Assembly: GCA_001643675.2 (NCBI GenBank)
Contig: LSRY02000045.1
Location: 558,001 to 622,000 of the forward strand
DNA: 64,000 bases
Direction of reading: 5' to 3'
Source: Monocercomonoides exilis PA203
Taxonomy: Eukaryota; Protista; Preaxostyla
A model generated the notes under the pieces. It saw nothing but the letters and a program-made list of their open reading frames with translations. It was not told where the DNA came from and did not search any database. Positions 1 to 13,295 of this stretch are shown here, in pieces; position 1 is the stretch's first letter; each line of letters opens with the position of its first letter. The position numbers and the translations under genes were made by a program.

Positions 1-2193
1 TAAATGAAAAAATACAACTAAAAACAACGATTTAGTCATAAATTATGAATAAATTCAAATATCTGTTTTATAACAAATTATTCAAAAAATGATTGTTATT
101 TGAACATTCTGATAAAAAAGTTTCAAAATCTTTGAAAATAGAAACAAAAATCGAAAATGCTTTAATTATCAAAAATATTGTATTTATCAACAATCATGAT
201 TTAAAAGTCGCTTTAGATTGCGATGATAATAAAATTGTCATAGATTTTTAAATGAGCTGCTTTTGTTTTCTGATGATTGTGAATCATGAACATCACAGAT
301 AATCTTGTATCAATGAGTGTATTATTGTGAAGTGATTGAATATTATTCAAAGTCTGAAAATCAATTTATTTTCATTTATTTTTCAAATAAAAAAAATAAT
401 AATTTAAAAAGATTAGAGAAGAAATCGTGTCAAATTATTTATGGTGAACTGTATATTTTTTCAAAATATTGTTCGAATAGACATTTGTTCACAAATGGGT
501 GATTATTCTTGAAATCATAGAAAAGATCTGGGGGTGAATTATTCACTCATCTCCTTTTGAATGAAGTTATTTGTATTGAATTGAAATTGACACAAACAAT
601 GGTGTTGAATAACGAATGTGATGTTATCTCCTTTCAGAGAGTTGATAAATGTCATTTTCCAAAAATTATGAAAAATCTGAATTGATTGACATAACGTGTC
701 TGATTTCGAAAAAATAGAATAACCTTGAATTGAATAGTCCTCAACCTTTCAAATCATTGTTGGAATGGTATCAGCAATTTATTTTTTGAAAAAGACATTT
801 GATCTTGAAACACTCATCTCTTGCTCATTTCTCAATGATTGTTTGTTGTTGAGTCTTTTCATCTCAAACAAATGTTTTGAAATTTTTTTCTTCTTGATCC
901 TTATTTCTTATTTTCAGATATCTCAACTTTTGTTCAATAAGTGGTAAATTGGGAAAGAATTTGAATAACAAACTTATGAGGAAAAAGGAATGAGCATTAT
1001 CCTTTTTGAAAAGAAACAAAAACATGTCAAAAATTAAAAAGAATGTGAAATGAAATCATTCAATTTTCTTTGTTCCAAAATATTCAAATGTCTCTATTAA
1101 TCAGCAAAAACAAACAATTTTTCCATTAATGAAAATAATTTCATTTCACATTCTTTTTAATTTTTGACATGTTTTTGTTTCTTTTCAAAAAGGATAATGC
1201 TCATTCCTTTTTCCTCATAAGTTTGTTATTCAAATTCTTTCCCAATTTACCACTTATTGAACAAAAGTTGAGATATCTGAAAATAAGAAATAAGGATCAA
1301 GAAGAAAAAAATTTCAAAACATTTGTTTGAGATGAAAAGACTCAACAACAAACAATCATTGAGAAATGAGCAAGAGATGAGTGTTTCAAGATCAAATGTC
1401 TTTTTCAAAAAATAAATTGCTGATACCATTCCAACAATGATTTGAAAGGTTGAGGACTATTCAATTCAAGGTTATTCTATTTTTTCGAAATCAGACACGT
1501 TATGTCAATCAATTCAGATTTTTCATAATTTTTGGAAAATGACATTTATCAACTCTCTGAAAGGAGATAACATCACATTCGTTATTCAACACCATTGTTT
1601 GTGTCAATTTCAATTCAATACAAATAACTTCATTCAAAAGGAGATGAGTGAATAATTCACCCCCAGATCTTTTCTATGATTTCAAGAATAATCACCCATT
1701 TGTGAACAAATGTCTATTCGAACAATATTTTGAAAAAATATACAGTTCACCATAAATAATTTGACACGATTTCTTCTCTAATCTTTTTAAATTATTATTT
1801 TTTTTATTTGAAAAATAAATGAAAATAAATTGATTTTCAGACTTTGAATAATATTCAATCACTTCACAATAATACACTCATTGATACAAGATTATCTGTG
1901 ATGTTCATGATTCACAATCATCAGAAAACAAAAGCAGCTCATTTAAAAATCTATGACAATTTTATTATCATCGCAATCTAAAGCGACTTTTAAATCATGA
2001 TTGTTGATAAATACAATATTTTTGATAATTAAAGCATTTTCGATTTTTGTTTCTATTTTCAAAGATTTTGAAACTTTTTTATCAGAATGTTCAAATAACA
2101 ATCATTTTTTGAATAATTTGTTATAAAACAGATATTTGAATTTATTCATAATTTATGACTAAATCGTTGTTTTTAGTTGTATTTTTTCATTTA
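1..2193. repeat. Palindrome 1: arms 1-1056 and 1138-2193 with an 81-bp spacer (left arm truncated by the window start)
   Basis: Mirror positions sum to 2194; identical ORFs on opposite strands (317-502/1692-1877, 765-947/1247-1429). Confidence 0.97.
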
Positions 2194-2387
2194 TTCCGTT
2201 TACATGCATCCACAAAATTTTTATCAACAAATCATTTTCATAAAAAAAAATTCTTTTTCGTGAAGCATACGTATGCTCAATAAAAAAATAACACTTCATC
2301 ACCTGATACTTTAATAAAAAAGATAATAAAAAGAAAACTTCATAATTTCTATTTTTTTTTCCTCTCTTCAGTTTGCGTGTTGTGCAG

Positions 2388-4594
2388 TCAGAACAAAATA
2401 AACAACAAACAATTTTCTCCCAATGCAAATCCAATAAAATATGGATCGATAATCAGAAGTTGGGTCATTTTCATGTTTTCAATCTCCACATCAATCGTCT
2501 TCAGCTGCCTCAGCGCAACATCTAACACAGATATTGATATTACACTCCCTCCTGATGTCGAAGAGTTGAGCACCACATCCTCCAGCGAAAGAGTCCCGCT
2601 CCCCAGTGACACCACAAACACACTCGGCGATGAGCTTCTTGTCGCGTTGTGATCGATCCCCACATGCCCCACCTCCAGTTGGCCAGAAGATATGCTAAAC
2701 AGAGTAGTTGCAGACGAAGAAAGCGCACTTGTCCCAATCACACTCACTGCCTTCCCTTTCCCCAAAACAGAAATCTTCTTTTCCCCAACACTGATTGTTG
2801 TCCCTTCACTCACATGCCTCCCACTCAGCACTGTGATTGTCGAGCTCAGCTGCGCCATGCTCGAACTCACTGCATGCCCCACTGTCTTGCAAGGTGCTGC
2901 CTCACTCATCCCACACAGATTGCTCGCATCATCCCCACCCACCCCAACATACCGATCCTTCATCCCTTCCTTCAGCCATCCCTTCTTTTCTGTATGCTGA
3001 TATTTCCAACTGCTTGATTGCAAATAAGCATAGCACACTCTCTTCTCATCACTATTCGTTGTATACGATTCGTGGAATGGGTTGCTCGATGAGAAGAAAT
3101 TGTAACGATCTTCAAAATACACATCGTGGCCATATGGAGTGGAATTACTGCAACTGCAATCGTGGAAGAAGAAGAAATAGCAATAAGTGTTGTTGCTTGG
3201 AGCTGTTGATTGATATGGCCTGAAATCCAATCCTCCGCCAACTGACACTGCTGAGCACGAAATAAATTGGAGGCTCCTCATTTTGAATGCAGCTGGAACA
3301 CTTTGGCAATACATCCCTCCGCCACAATTACTTGTAAGCGAGCACGAAGTGAAAAACACTCAAACACACAAGCACTCTCCCCTTTGCCGCTTTCTGTTCC
3401 AATACAGGAAGATCCAGAAACATTAAAATTTTCGAGATAAAGCCCTCCTCCCACTCGATCTGCTTTGCAATTCTGAAATTCACAGCCGCTGATCCTGACA
3501 CATGACGAAATTGATAGAGCATATATCCCTCCTCCATAATAATTTTTTGCAGTACATGCATTGAATGAGTTGTTCTCAATATTGATTGAACTGATCGAAC
3601 GACACATAATTCCTCCACCATAAGCATATGCATAGCAATCATTGAATGAACAAAATTTCACTGAAAGCGTTCCCGATCCCAGATTATACATGTTAATCGC
3701 CCCTCCACTCGATATCCCATCTGAATAAGAACCACTTGTTCCAGTGGTTTTTGTGCCATTCCACACGCACCAAGTGAACGAATTTGCCCCATTGTCTGCT
3801 ATCTGCTGTCTCGCTGGTTTCGATGGATTCCCTTCACTCCCGCTGACTGCAACATTCTCAGACCGATAGCATCTGATAAATGAGGTGTTCGAGGCAGACA
3901 AGGATGATGAGGGGCTGTTCAGTGAGGGTACAATGCCTCCATCATACACATCCCACACTGATGAAAATGTGCACCCACTCATCAGAAACGAGGTTTGGCT
4001 CGGCCCTTCACCCAGATGTGGTGTTTTCGATGGATTTGTGGAGATGTTGAAGAAGGTTAGCTGGGTGAGTGTCATAAGGCGTGTCAGGGGAGGCGCCAGA
4101 AACGGGGCTGAAGACACACAAAAAGATGAGAAATCGGACTCACTCACCAATACACTCCCTTCTTCTTCACTTTCTTCTTCTTTTCCTTTTCCTCTTCCTT
4201 CTCCACCTCTTCTTCCTCCACCTCCTCGTTGTCCTCCTCTCTCTCCTCCTTCAGCTCTTCCACTTCCTCTTCCCCATCCGACTCTTCCTCTTCCCCCACC
4301 TTCTCTCTCACTCCTCGTCTGCCCCATCCTCCCCTCTCCTCCAAACAGTCTCCCACACACATTTCCTCCCCTTCCAACCCCTCTCAGCGTGATGTTCCAA
4401 AACACCCCTCTGCACCTGCCCAGCTCAAACACCCCTGCCTCCTTGCCTCTCCCCATCTCCACACCACATCCCCTCACCACAACCACACTCCCCCTCATTC
4501 CACACACTGAACAACAATTATCATAATTCTCCAATAAAATTTGATTTAACTCAACCGACGGGTTCAATAACTCCCTCACAAAAAAATATCTCAC
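2388..4594 (-). pseudogene. 3'-truncated Cys/Gly-rich beta-helix-like surface protein cassette, frameshifted near 3355
   Basis: ORFs 3278-4594 and 2388-3359 join into a ~730-aa homolog of the N-terminus of 13296-22100 (GGAINMY, GGGIMC, GGGMYC, GHDVYF); no TM anchor. Confidence 0.85.
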
Positions 4595-5790
4595 CTTCTT
4601 CCTTTTTCCAACTTTTCTTCAAATATCTCTAAAAAATCATATCTCTGATTTTCCAGTTCCCTTCTTTCTTCGCTTCCATCAGATTTTCATAAAGTTTTCT
4701 CTTTCAATCGAACTTCCAAAAAAAAATGTCTTATTCTTCTCAAACATTTGCCAAACTTCTTCTTCTGCTGCATCATCAATTCCTTGATCTCATTTTCGGC
4801 TTTTAACAAGATTCGTCGTATATGTCTTCCAAAACCTTCAAAAAAAGAAAGAAAAATATCTTCTTTTTATTTAATTTATATTTTGTGCCTGCTCACTCCT
4901 CCATGCATCCTTCCAATTGTTGTTTTCTGACTTCTTTAATGCATTTTGTATCCTCTCTTTCAATATTCTATAGGCATATATTCGCAGTAAATATACCTGC
5001 AAAACAATCTAATTTCATAAAAAAATAATACATGAAAAATCGTAATAAAAAAAGCAAACCTATATCTTTTATGATGATCATTCTTCTCAAACTTTCTTCT
5101 TTTTCTTCAATTATTTCTCCGTTTTGCCAACAAAATCCATCTGCCTCATCTTTGATTCCCTTCTGCTCCCAAAAATCGTTCATTTCCAATCCTCGGTACT
5201 GCTTCCACTCAAATAGCTCAACCAGCTCCATTCTATAAAAAAATGACAAGAAGATTCCATCTGAAGAGCCCCTTTCCATCCCTTCTCGCTGCATCACCTT
5301 CTTCTTCTCCACATCTCCCCCAAAGCAACATCAACACCCCTCCGCCACATATCCTCCATCTCTTCCATTTCATTCCTCATCATCCTTTTCCCAATCAAAA
5401 ATATAAATGCCTCCAATATTTTGCCTCTCTTTGGTGCAAAACACCCTTTCGTGGTCAGCCCCTCATCTTCCTCTGTCTCCACACCCCCAATGCAAAGTGC
5501 TGCGCCTGACGTTCCTTCTTCCCGTCTTCCTCCGCCTCCGCCTCCATCCCTTGTTCCGCAAATGCCTGGCGCGTCCAAACGGTTCACAAAATAAATTATA
5601 TAAGAATATGAAATATTTTCTTTCATTTTTCTTCTTCTCCAACCCCACTTCCCTCTCAAATAACACACGCATCCACAAAAACTCTCCCACTTGCTCCACC
5701 TCATATGAACCCCCCTTCTCTCGGTGCATTTGGAAAAAAACATACATCCCTTTTCCATCTCTTCCCCAGCCCTCCTTCTTTCTCCCACAT

Positions 5791-6554
5791 ATCTTCCACT
5801 CCAATAATAATATTCCATTCGCCACATCCATCTTCTTCCCCTCTGCTCCCCCTTCGCCTCGCCCCACCTCCTCTACATCAAAATCCTTTTCTCCAATAAT
5901 TAACACAACCCCCGCTCCTTCCCAATGACAAAAATCTCAAAAATAACCCCTCCCAACCTCATCCCAATCCATCTCCCACACATCCATTTTGCCTCTTAAA
6001 TCTCATAAAAACACCTCTTTCTCTCTCCTCAAAAAAAAATCTTCCTTTTATCGTTCCTTTCCCCTCCAAAACGTTGTTTCTCCACAAACACTCAAATCCT
6101 TCCTCAAGCACAATAAATCCATTCTTTTGTAATCACGTTGTCTTCATGTGCCCATTCAGCCACAGCGCATCGTGTTGTGCCCCTTTTCTGAATCCGCCCC
6201 AAATCTGTTATGGAGACGATCAAGCCAAGCCAAATTCAACAAAAGTGGCACAACCACCCGCAGAGCGGAAGTTCCATGCACTCAAAATATGGCAGCTGGA
6301 ATGGGCGAGTTTTATGCAGCGATGAGGCAGATAGGACTGCAACTGTGTTTTTCTGAGGGAAGTGAACGCTGAATATTCTGACTGCTGGAAGGCGTGTTGG
6401 AGCACGAGCTTCCGCAGCACCACCGAAAAGAGGGGCAGTTTGTGCTTTATTTTTTGTTTGTGCTTATCAAAGAATTTTATTTTTATTTTTATTTTCATAA
6501 TTGAAAAGGCGTGATGATATTGTTCGAAATTGACAAATGACAAATTCATTCGAT
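5791..6554 (+). repeat. ~764-bp direct repeat, copy 1 (copy 2 at 38276-39039)
   Basis: Near-identical sequence at offset 32485; identical ORFs 6074/38559 and 6148/38633. Confidence 0.95.
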
Positions 6555-7574
6555 GAGATGAGGAGCGAGAAGCAGATGAGAACACACTATTTCAGAAATT
6601 TGAGGGGAGTGGGGCAAAGGAAAGAAATGATGATTGCCAATTTTTTTAATGAAGATTGAACAAAAGAAAAGGAATTCATGTAAATTGGAAAGAAATTGAA
6701 AACGAAAAAGAAAAACAGGATCCAATGACTTGAAGATGATAAACGAGATTTTCTTGTTTTCAGGCGGACTGATTGAAAATCAGTTTCATTTGAAGGAAGA
6801 ATTTTTTCGATAGTTTCAAAAAATACATTTGTTTCGTTAGGTGGAGAAAGGGTTCCTAAAACGGAAGATTAGAATTCGGAAGATGAAGTGATTGAAGGGA
6901 AAAGGCGGATGAGAAGTTGAAGTGGAGGAGAAAGAGAGGAAAAAGAAGAAGAGGAGGATGAGGAGGAAGAAGAGGAAGAAACTGAAGAAAGAAAGGAAAA
7001 TAGAGATAGAAAAAGACTAAAAAAAAAAAAAAAAACAATGTATGTGCATATTAAATCAATGAAACAACAACATTTGTATACACAGAAAAATATTTTTATT
7101 TTCATTTTTCACAACATAATCATCAATATCTTCTCCTTCTCCTTCTCCTTCTCCTTCTCCTCCTTCTCCTTCTTCTTAGACTTCTTCCTTATCTCTCATT
7201 ATTCTTGTCCATTTCATTCACATATCTCCTCTGGCTTTTCTCGTTCTGTCTGATTTCTATTCAACATCAGAATTTGACTCTCCTTCTCTTTCACTCAATT
7301 TCTTTGCTTTTGAGATAAACCAGCTTCGTTTTTCACCTTCGGTTCTGATGATCTTTTCATCGCCTTTTTCCTGATTTGATCCAGGTTCTTCTTTTTCGTT
7401 GACTTTTTCATCATCTGCTTATTTTTTTTCCTTCCAACTTTCGATTCATTCATCATTTCTTCCTCTTCTTCTTCTGAATTTTGAATGTCAATGAAAACAG
7501 AATTATTGGAGAACGAATGGGAAAAGGCAAAAGAAGACTTTTCCATTGAACACATCGGCAAGATGCTACTTTAG

Positions 7575-8019
7575 GGGTACCTGATTTTTTCATTAAATCC
7601 ATGAATAAAAAGCTAAAAAATGCAATGTTAAGATATTATAAATACATTAGGTAAATAATAACCTATTGATCAAAACCAAAAATGATTGAATAGTTTTTTA
7701 TTTAAATCTTAAGTTTTTCTATGATTTTTCAAACTTCATAAAAATACTTGAATTGAGTTATTATCAACCCTGACATCAACAAATAGCCCTTGCATACAAA
7801 TTATGAAATCAAAAAATGTCTTTTTTTCAAAATTTTATTTATTTATAAAAAAAAAATATTTATAATTTCTATTAGGGGACAGTTATTTTTGAGAACGAAA
7901 ACCCTAAAAAAGAAAAATTATAAATAAAACAAATAGTCAACACCAAAGAGTGTTGATGAAAGTTCATTCGAAAACATTTAGGCTTTTCATAAAGCTTATT
8001 TTTAATTTTTTAGGTACCC
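7575..8019. mobile_element. Putative MITE with GGGTACCT termini and TTAA-type TSD (Kolobok-like)
   Basis: gctact-ttag-gggtacct at 7565-7582 mirrors aggtaccc-ttaa-agtagc at 8012-8029; AT-rich noncoding interior. Confidence 0.5.
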
Positions 8020-9200
8020 TTAAAGTAGCCTTTTGCCAACACATCAACTATTTGCATCAAAGCTGTGAATTTATTCGCTGCTTCTTTTCAATTCATTCTC
8101 AGCAAGCTAAAATGAAAAGTTTGATATTTTCATGAATGCATTGCATTTGTTTTGGAATTGAGAAAAAAGAGGGTTTGGAAGAATAGATTTTTGGAACATT
8201 TCATGAATTGAAGAAAAATGGAGAGGAAAAGAAGAGAGAAAGGAAAAGAATAAGTTTGAGTGGAGATTGAGGAATATCAGTCAAGGAAACAGAAAAAGGA
8301 TAGAAAATGATTGACGAATGAAGAAATATTTATATATGTGGAAACAAAGCAGCTGAAGGGGAAATGCAACTGGAGCAGAACTTTTGGATGATTTTGTGAG
8401 AAAAGAATGTGAATGATGCATCCTATTCGTCTCCATCAATTGGAAAAAGCAGATGAAAACAAAATGATGAAAGAAAAAGGAAGAGAAAGAGAAAGAAATG
8501 GAATCTGAGCGAAATTATGAAGAATTGCATTTTGAGACGAAATGAATGAAATGAGTGTCCTTATTCAAGAAGAAGAGATGAAAGGAATGGAGAGAAACGC
8601 GAAGGAAGACAATGGAGAAGAAAGAAAAAGGAAAAGGAGATTTGAAAAACTGAACAAAAAATTAGAAGAACATGAAGAGCAATTAATTCTGATTGACTTG
8701 TTCTGTCATTCACATTCTGAATTGGAACATTGGATCAGCTTCTTTTTCAGCCATGTTACATAAAGAACTCATAAAGTTGATTGCTTGATTATTCAACAAA
8801 CGTTTCTTCTTTGATGTTTTCGTATTATTCCCAAGAATTTTCATTTCATTTTTTCTTCTTCTTCTCGAATTCATTTAGAATACGATGAAAGAGAAAAATC
8901 AAAGATAACCAGAGGCTTCAAGAGGAAATAACTGAATAGAAAAAAATTTTTTTGAAAAAACGAATCTATTTGAAGAAGATGTGTTTTTCATCTTCGTTCA
9001 ATGGAGATTCTTGATGAAAATAATTGAAAAGATAAGAATGGAATTTTTGCTTTTTCTTTTCTTTTCTTTTTCTTTTTTTATAAAAAAGGAAACAAAAACA
9101 ATAATAAAAATTTTTCAATCTATTTTTTGTAATTTTGCGAAATGATGAAAATTGAAAAAGACAGTTTTTCGAGTGAAAAAATAAAATGAATTGAATTTGG

Positions 9201-10721
9201 CTAAACGTTTACAAAATAATCAGAAATATCCAACGATAATTCATCATAATATTTTCTGTTAAGAAAATCAAACATTTCATGAAAACTTGTGATGACATCT
9301 TCGTATCCTTCTTCTTCTATCTTTTCAAGCACCTTCCCTTTCAACTCTTTTCTTTTCGCTTCTTTTTCAGTTTCATCTTTGTTCACTCCATTCTTCTCCT
9401 CCTCTTCCTCTTCTTCCATTTCATCATCATCAACATCAGTCTTTTTTTTCATTTTCCTTGTAACAATCAAAAAATAATTCAATCCTCTAAATGACATTCC
9501 TTCATCCAATGATTGCAGCTGCAACCCTTCCAAAACAGCATCAAAAGCTCCTCCTTTCAACAAATCTTCAACTTTCACACTTCCATATTTTACTGCATCC
9601 CTCAAAGAATGAACGCAAAAGACGCTAATTTCTCTGTTATTTTCTCTTGCCGCTTGAAACACTTTCACAATGCTGTTGATGAGTACAACCAATTCCTCAG
9701 ACCACAATGTGCAATACTCAAAGAAAGAATCAAGAATAAAAAGCCATTTGAAGATTGTCTGCACTTCTTTCGCTTCTTTTCCTCTTCTTTCTCTTCCTCT
9801 TCTTTCCTCTTCTTTCTTTCTCGTCCAATCAACACATTTCATTAGATATTCAAGTTCACTTATCGCATCTCTCACAAAATGTAGTTCATTCACTATCACT
9901 TCTTTCAAGCTTTTATCAATGCCCAATCTGTCAATCAAAAAACCCCAAGCTGATTGATAGGCAAGTTGTGTGAGATTGTGATGCTCCTGATGATATTTGA
10001 TGATTTCTGTGATTTCCTTCATATACAGTTTTTGTTCGATAAACTTATTTAAAAAAAAAAAATCAATTATTTCAAAAAGGAAATAGAAAATTTCATACAG
10101 CTACACTTTCAATATTGTTCAAAGCCAGCAAAGCTATTTCCACTTCTTTTTGTATTTCCTCATTTTCCTCTTTCTTCAATGCAACTTTCAGAAGGCAAGG
10201 TACAATTTTTGAACTTAATTCCGAAGAAATTCCTTCGTTAAGCAAAAGATAGCATTCGCAAAGATCTTCCAGTAGCTTTTCGTTCTTTTCTTCATTTTTC
10301 TTATTTTCATCAACAAGCATTCTCTCAAATCTTCTGCACATTAAAGAACTTTTAAAGGCAATACTAAACAATTCAAAAAGAACTTTGCAATATCCAACGC
10401 GTTTCAACAACAATAAAGCATTTTCCATTGACATTTTCTTTTCTTCAATCATCTTGTATATTTCATTGAACATTCTTATTGTTAAAACAAAATCGAACAT
10501 TTCGAAATTCATTTCCTCCACAAGTCCGTTCATTTCCACGATTTTCTGTTTCTGTTCTTCCTCATTGCAATGCTCCAACTGATCAAGCAATTCTTCCTCA
10601 ATCATCAAAAATCAAAAATATGAGATCTTTGAAAATACACAATAAATGTTAACAAACTTGAAAACTTGTCTGCAAGAGACGGCTCTTGAGAATCATCATT
10701 AAATATATCTTCAAAGAACAT
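9201..10721 (-). CDS. Lineage-specific helical hypothetical protein; exons 10721-10658, 10592-10099, 10043-9201
   Basis: ATG at 10721; introns GTTTGT..AAG (10657-10593) and GTATGA..TAAG (10098-10044) join ORFs 10093-10608 and 9201-10022 in frame; motif VPCLLKVALKKEENEEIQKEVEIALLAL. Confidence 0.8.
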
Positions 10722-11269
10722 TTCAATTCTGTCTATTATTAGCAAAGATCAATTTACAGCAAAATTTCAAACAAAAAAACAGAAAAACAAAAAAAGCAAA
10801 TATTGTTCATAATTGACAAAACAAAGATTAATGCCAAACCCTATTCTTTTGTTTAGCAAAAATAAGTGCTAAAAAATAATTCACAAAGAAGCCAACTAGA
10901 AAGTCTTTATCAAGTCAAAAACGAAAGAACTAAATTTCTTTCTGATCGAACCAACAATAATTAATTTCACTGAAATGGATGGACTTTCGATTGAAAATTT
11001 GAACAATTGGAAATTATTCCACATATTTGGCATTTATTGTTTAAAAAAATAATTTCTATTTGTCTATTCTGAGCCTCATGAAGAAGAGGCAATAAATAGT
11101 TTTGAAGAACAGAACAAAGAAGAGAAAAAAAAGCCACAACTTGCACATTAATCATACATGTGCTTCAGTGATCCTTTAAATTAAAATACATTTGCATTTC
11201 AATTTTAACACTCTTATTTAAAGTTATCTGAAAGCTTTCCTTGTCAGAAATAATTTTTTCTGTTATTTC

Positions 11270-11830
11270 AGAGTGTTTGCTGGCTTCTGTGAACATCTCA
11301 AATTTAATGAGTTGATGAAAGTTATAAGATATAGGAATAACTTTATCAGTTGTTCGTTTCTTGAGTGGGTTATCAGGTTGAAGGAAGATTGATGGTAGGA
11401 ATCATAATATCGTTGTTACATATTTTTTGATGTTTGGGAGTGTGCAGTTGGATACATTTGAGACAGTTTCATGACAACAATGGGCAATATTTTCAATAGA
11501 GCATTGAAAGATATTCTATTCCAAAAGGCTTTGAAGCTGAGCGAAGATGAAAAAATTCGAGAAGGCGAAGGGAGGTTAATTCAATATGCGGAACCAAGCA
11601 CATGAGAAATTTAAAAGTTCATTTCAACATATTGATCGTTTAATGGTGTTGCCACTTGACGTGTATTTTTCTGTGAATACGCTTGTTACGTTTTCTGGAA
11701 AATCATCTTTTTGGGTTGTTTTTATAATTATTTTTGATTCACCGATTTCTGCGTGGATTTCGAGGCAAACCTTGAAGCAACATGAAAGAAGAAGAAACGA
11801 ATCAAAAAGACAGAACAGATAACGATAGAA
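11270..11830 (+). pseudogene. Decayed ABCC/MRP-type transmembrane-domain fragment
   Basis: Translates to RALKDILFQKALKLSEDEK..GRLIQ and then, after a frame change, IDRLMVLPLDV..VFIIIFDSPISAWISR, resembling an ABCC TMD; stops and frameshifts present. Confidence 0.45.
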
Positions 11831-11888
11831 ATGTTTGATCAAATTAATGTGTGTTATCCAATTTATTGTTGCATTTGCAATGTTTTTT

Positions 11889-11889
<1 letters not shown>

Positions 11890-11941
<52 letters not shown>
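11890..11941 (+). repeat. Poly(A) tract of ~52 nt
   Basis: Seen directly. Confidence 0.9.
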
Positions 11942-11943
<2 letters not shown>

Positions 11944-12177
11944 CACTCCCCCTTTCCTCTTCTTCTCCCATAAGAATAAAAAAATATTTCTCTCATTCTT
12001 TTTTTTTCCGACTTTTTTTTTCCCTTTCAACACACCTCTCGTTCTCCTGCTGAATACAATTAATTGATTATTTCATTCCAAATAGCATTTCTGCTGTTGC
12101 TTTGCTTCGTTTTTGGATTAATTCTTCATTTGTCATTATCATTCTTTTCATCATCATTTCTTTTTCTTTCTTTTTTT

Positions 12178-12254
12178 TCCTCTTCCTCTTCCTCTTCCTC
12201 TTCCTCTTCCTCTTCTTCTTCTTCTTCTTCTTCTTCTTCTTCTTCTTCTTCCTT
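12178..12254. repeat. (CTTCCT)n/(CTT)n microsatellite
   Basis: Seen directly. Confidence 0.9.
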
Positions 12255-13295
12255 TCAAATAACTTTTCCAAAAGATTCGTCAATCATTCCCCCTTTTTCC
12301 TCTCATCTCTCCTCAAAATGCCTCAAATTCAAACTTTTTCTGTGAATAATGAGATAAACATTTTCTTTTCACCTCCATTTCAATTTTGATCAATGTCAAA
12401 AAACATGAACGAATCCAACATTCGCCCTGTATCTCCATCATTTGTCTTTATAAATGGCATTCGCTGTCAGTCCGTAAGATTTAGCTTGAATAATCACATA
12501 TTCCTCATTTAATCCATTCTTGTTAATTTCATTCCTCTGAACTGATAGGAATTTAAAAAAACTGATCAACACTCAAAAAAATATAAATTTAAAAATGCAA
12601 GCAAACACCGGACTTTCCGCCCCTTCCGTTTTGCCAGCAGATGCTGCTTCGGTGTAGCTGGCTTTCAAATACTTTCTTCAAATCAGAAAAAGAACGTCCA
12701 GCTGATTTGCTTTTCCTGACCATTGTCTTTTAAATTAATAATAATGTATTTTCCTATAATTGACTGAACCTTGTCAATTTCTCGAAGCAATAAATTTCAT
12801 TTGGCACGCTTAATTCAATTATCCATAGGCCAAGGAAATGCCAATAATTGACGAGATAGAAATTGGTAAGCAAATGAAATTGCTATTCATCTGCGCTTTT
12901 AAACATTAATCATCCAAAATGAGATTCAAAAACGAAGAGATATCAAATCAAACAATTAAAATAAAGATGAATAAAATGAACAAGATTTCAAAAATTGAAA
13001 GCAAAATGAAATTATCAGAATATAGATTATTTAATAATATATAAAAAGTAAAGTCACACCTCACTCAATCAAATGAAAATACAAAGAATTAAATAATCAC
13101 AAAAATATATGAGGTAACAAATATGGTTAAAATATTCAAAATGCATTATTTATTGTATAATATGATTGTATGCATAATATACAATTGAAAGATTATGTCG
13201 TTTGAATAAAGTTCAGAAATTGATAGCAATGAAGGGAATATGATCCATCTTGATCAACAAGAAAATCAATTCTTTGTTATCTTGTTGTTAACAAG

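Noticed and set aside
1140-1800. Decayed recombinase or transposase coding in the palindrome core
   Set aside because: The frames examined are stop-ridden and no diagnostic motif can be supported; needs translated HMM searches.
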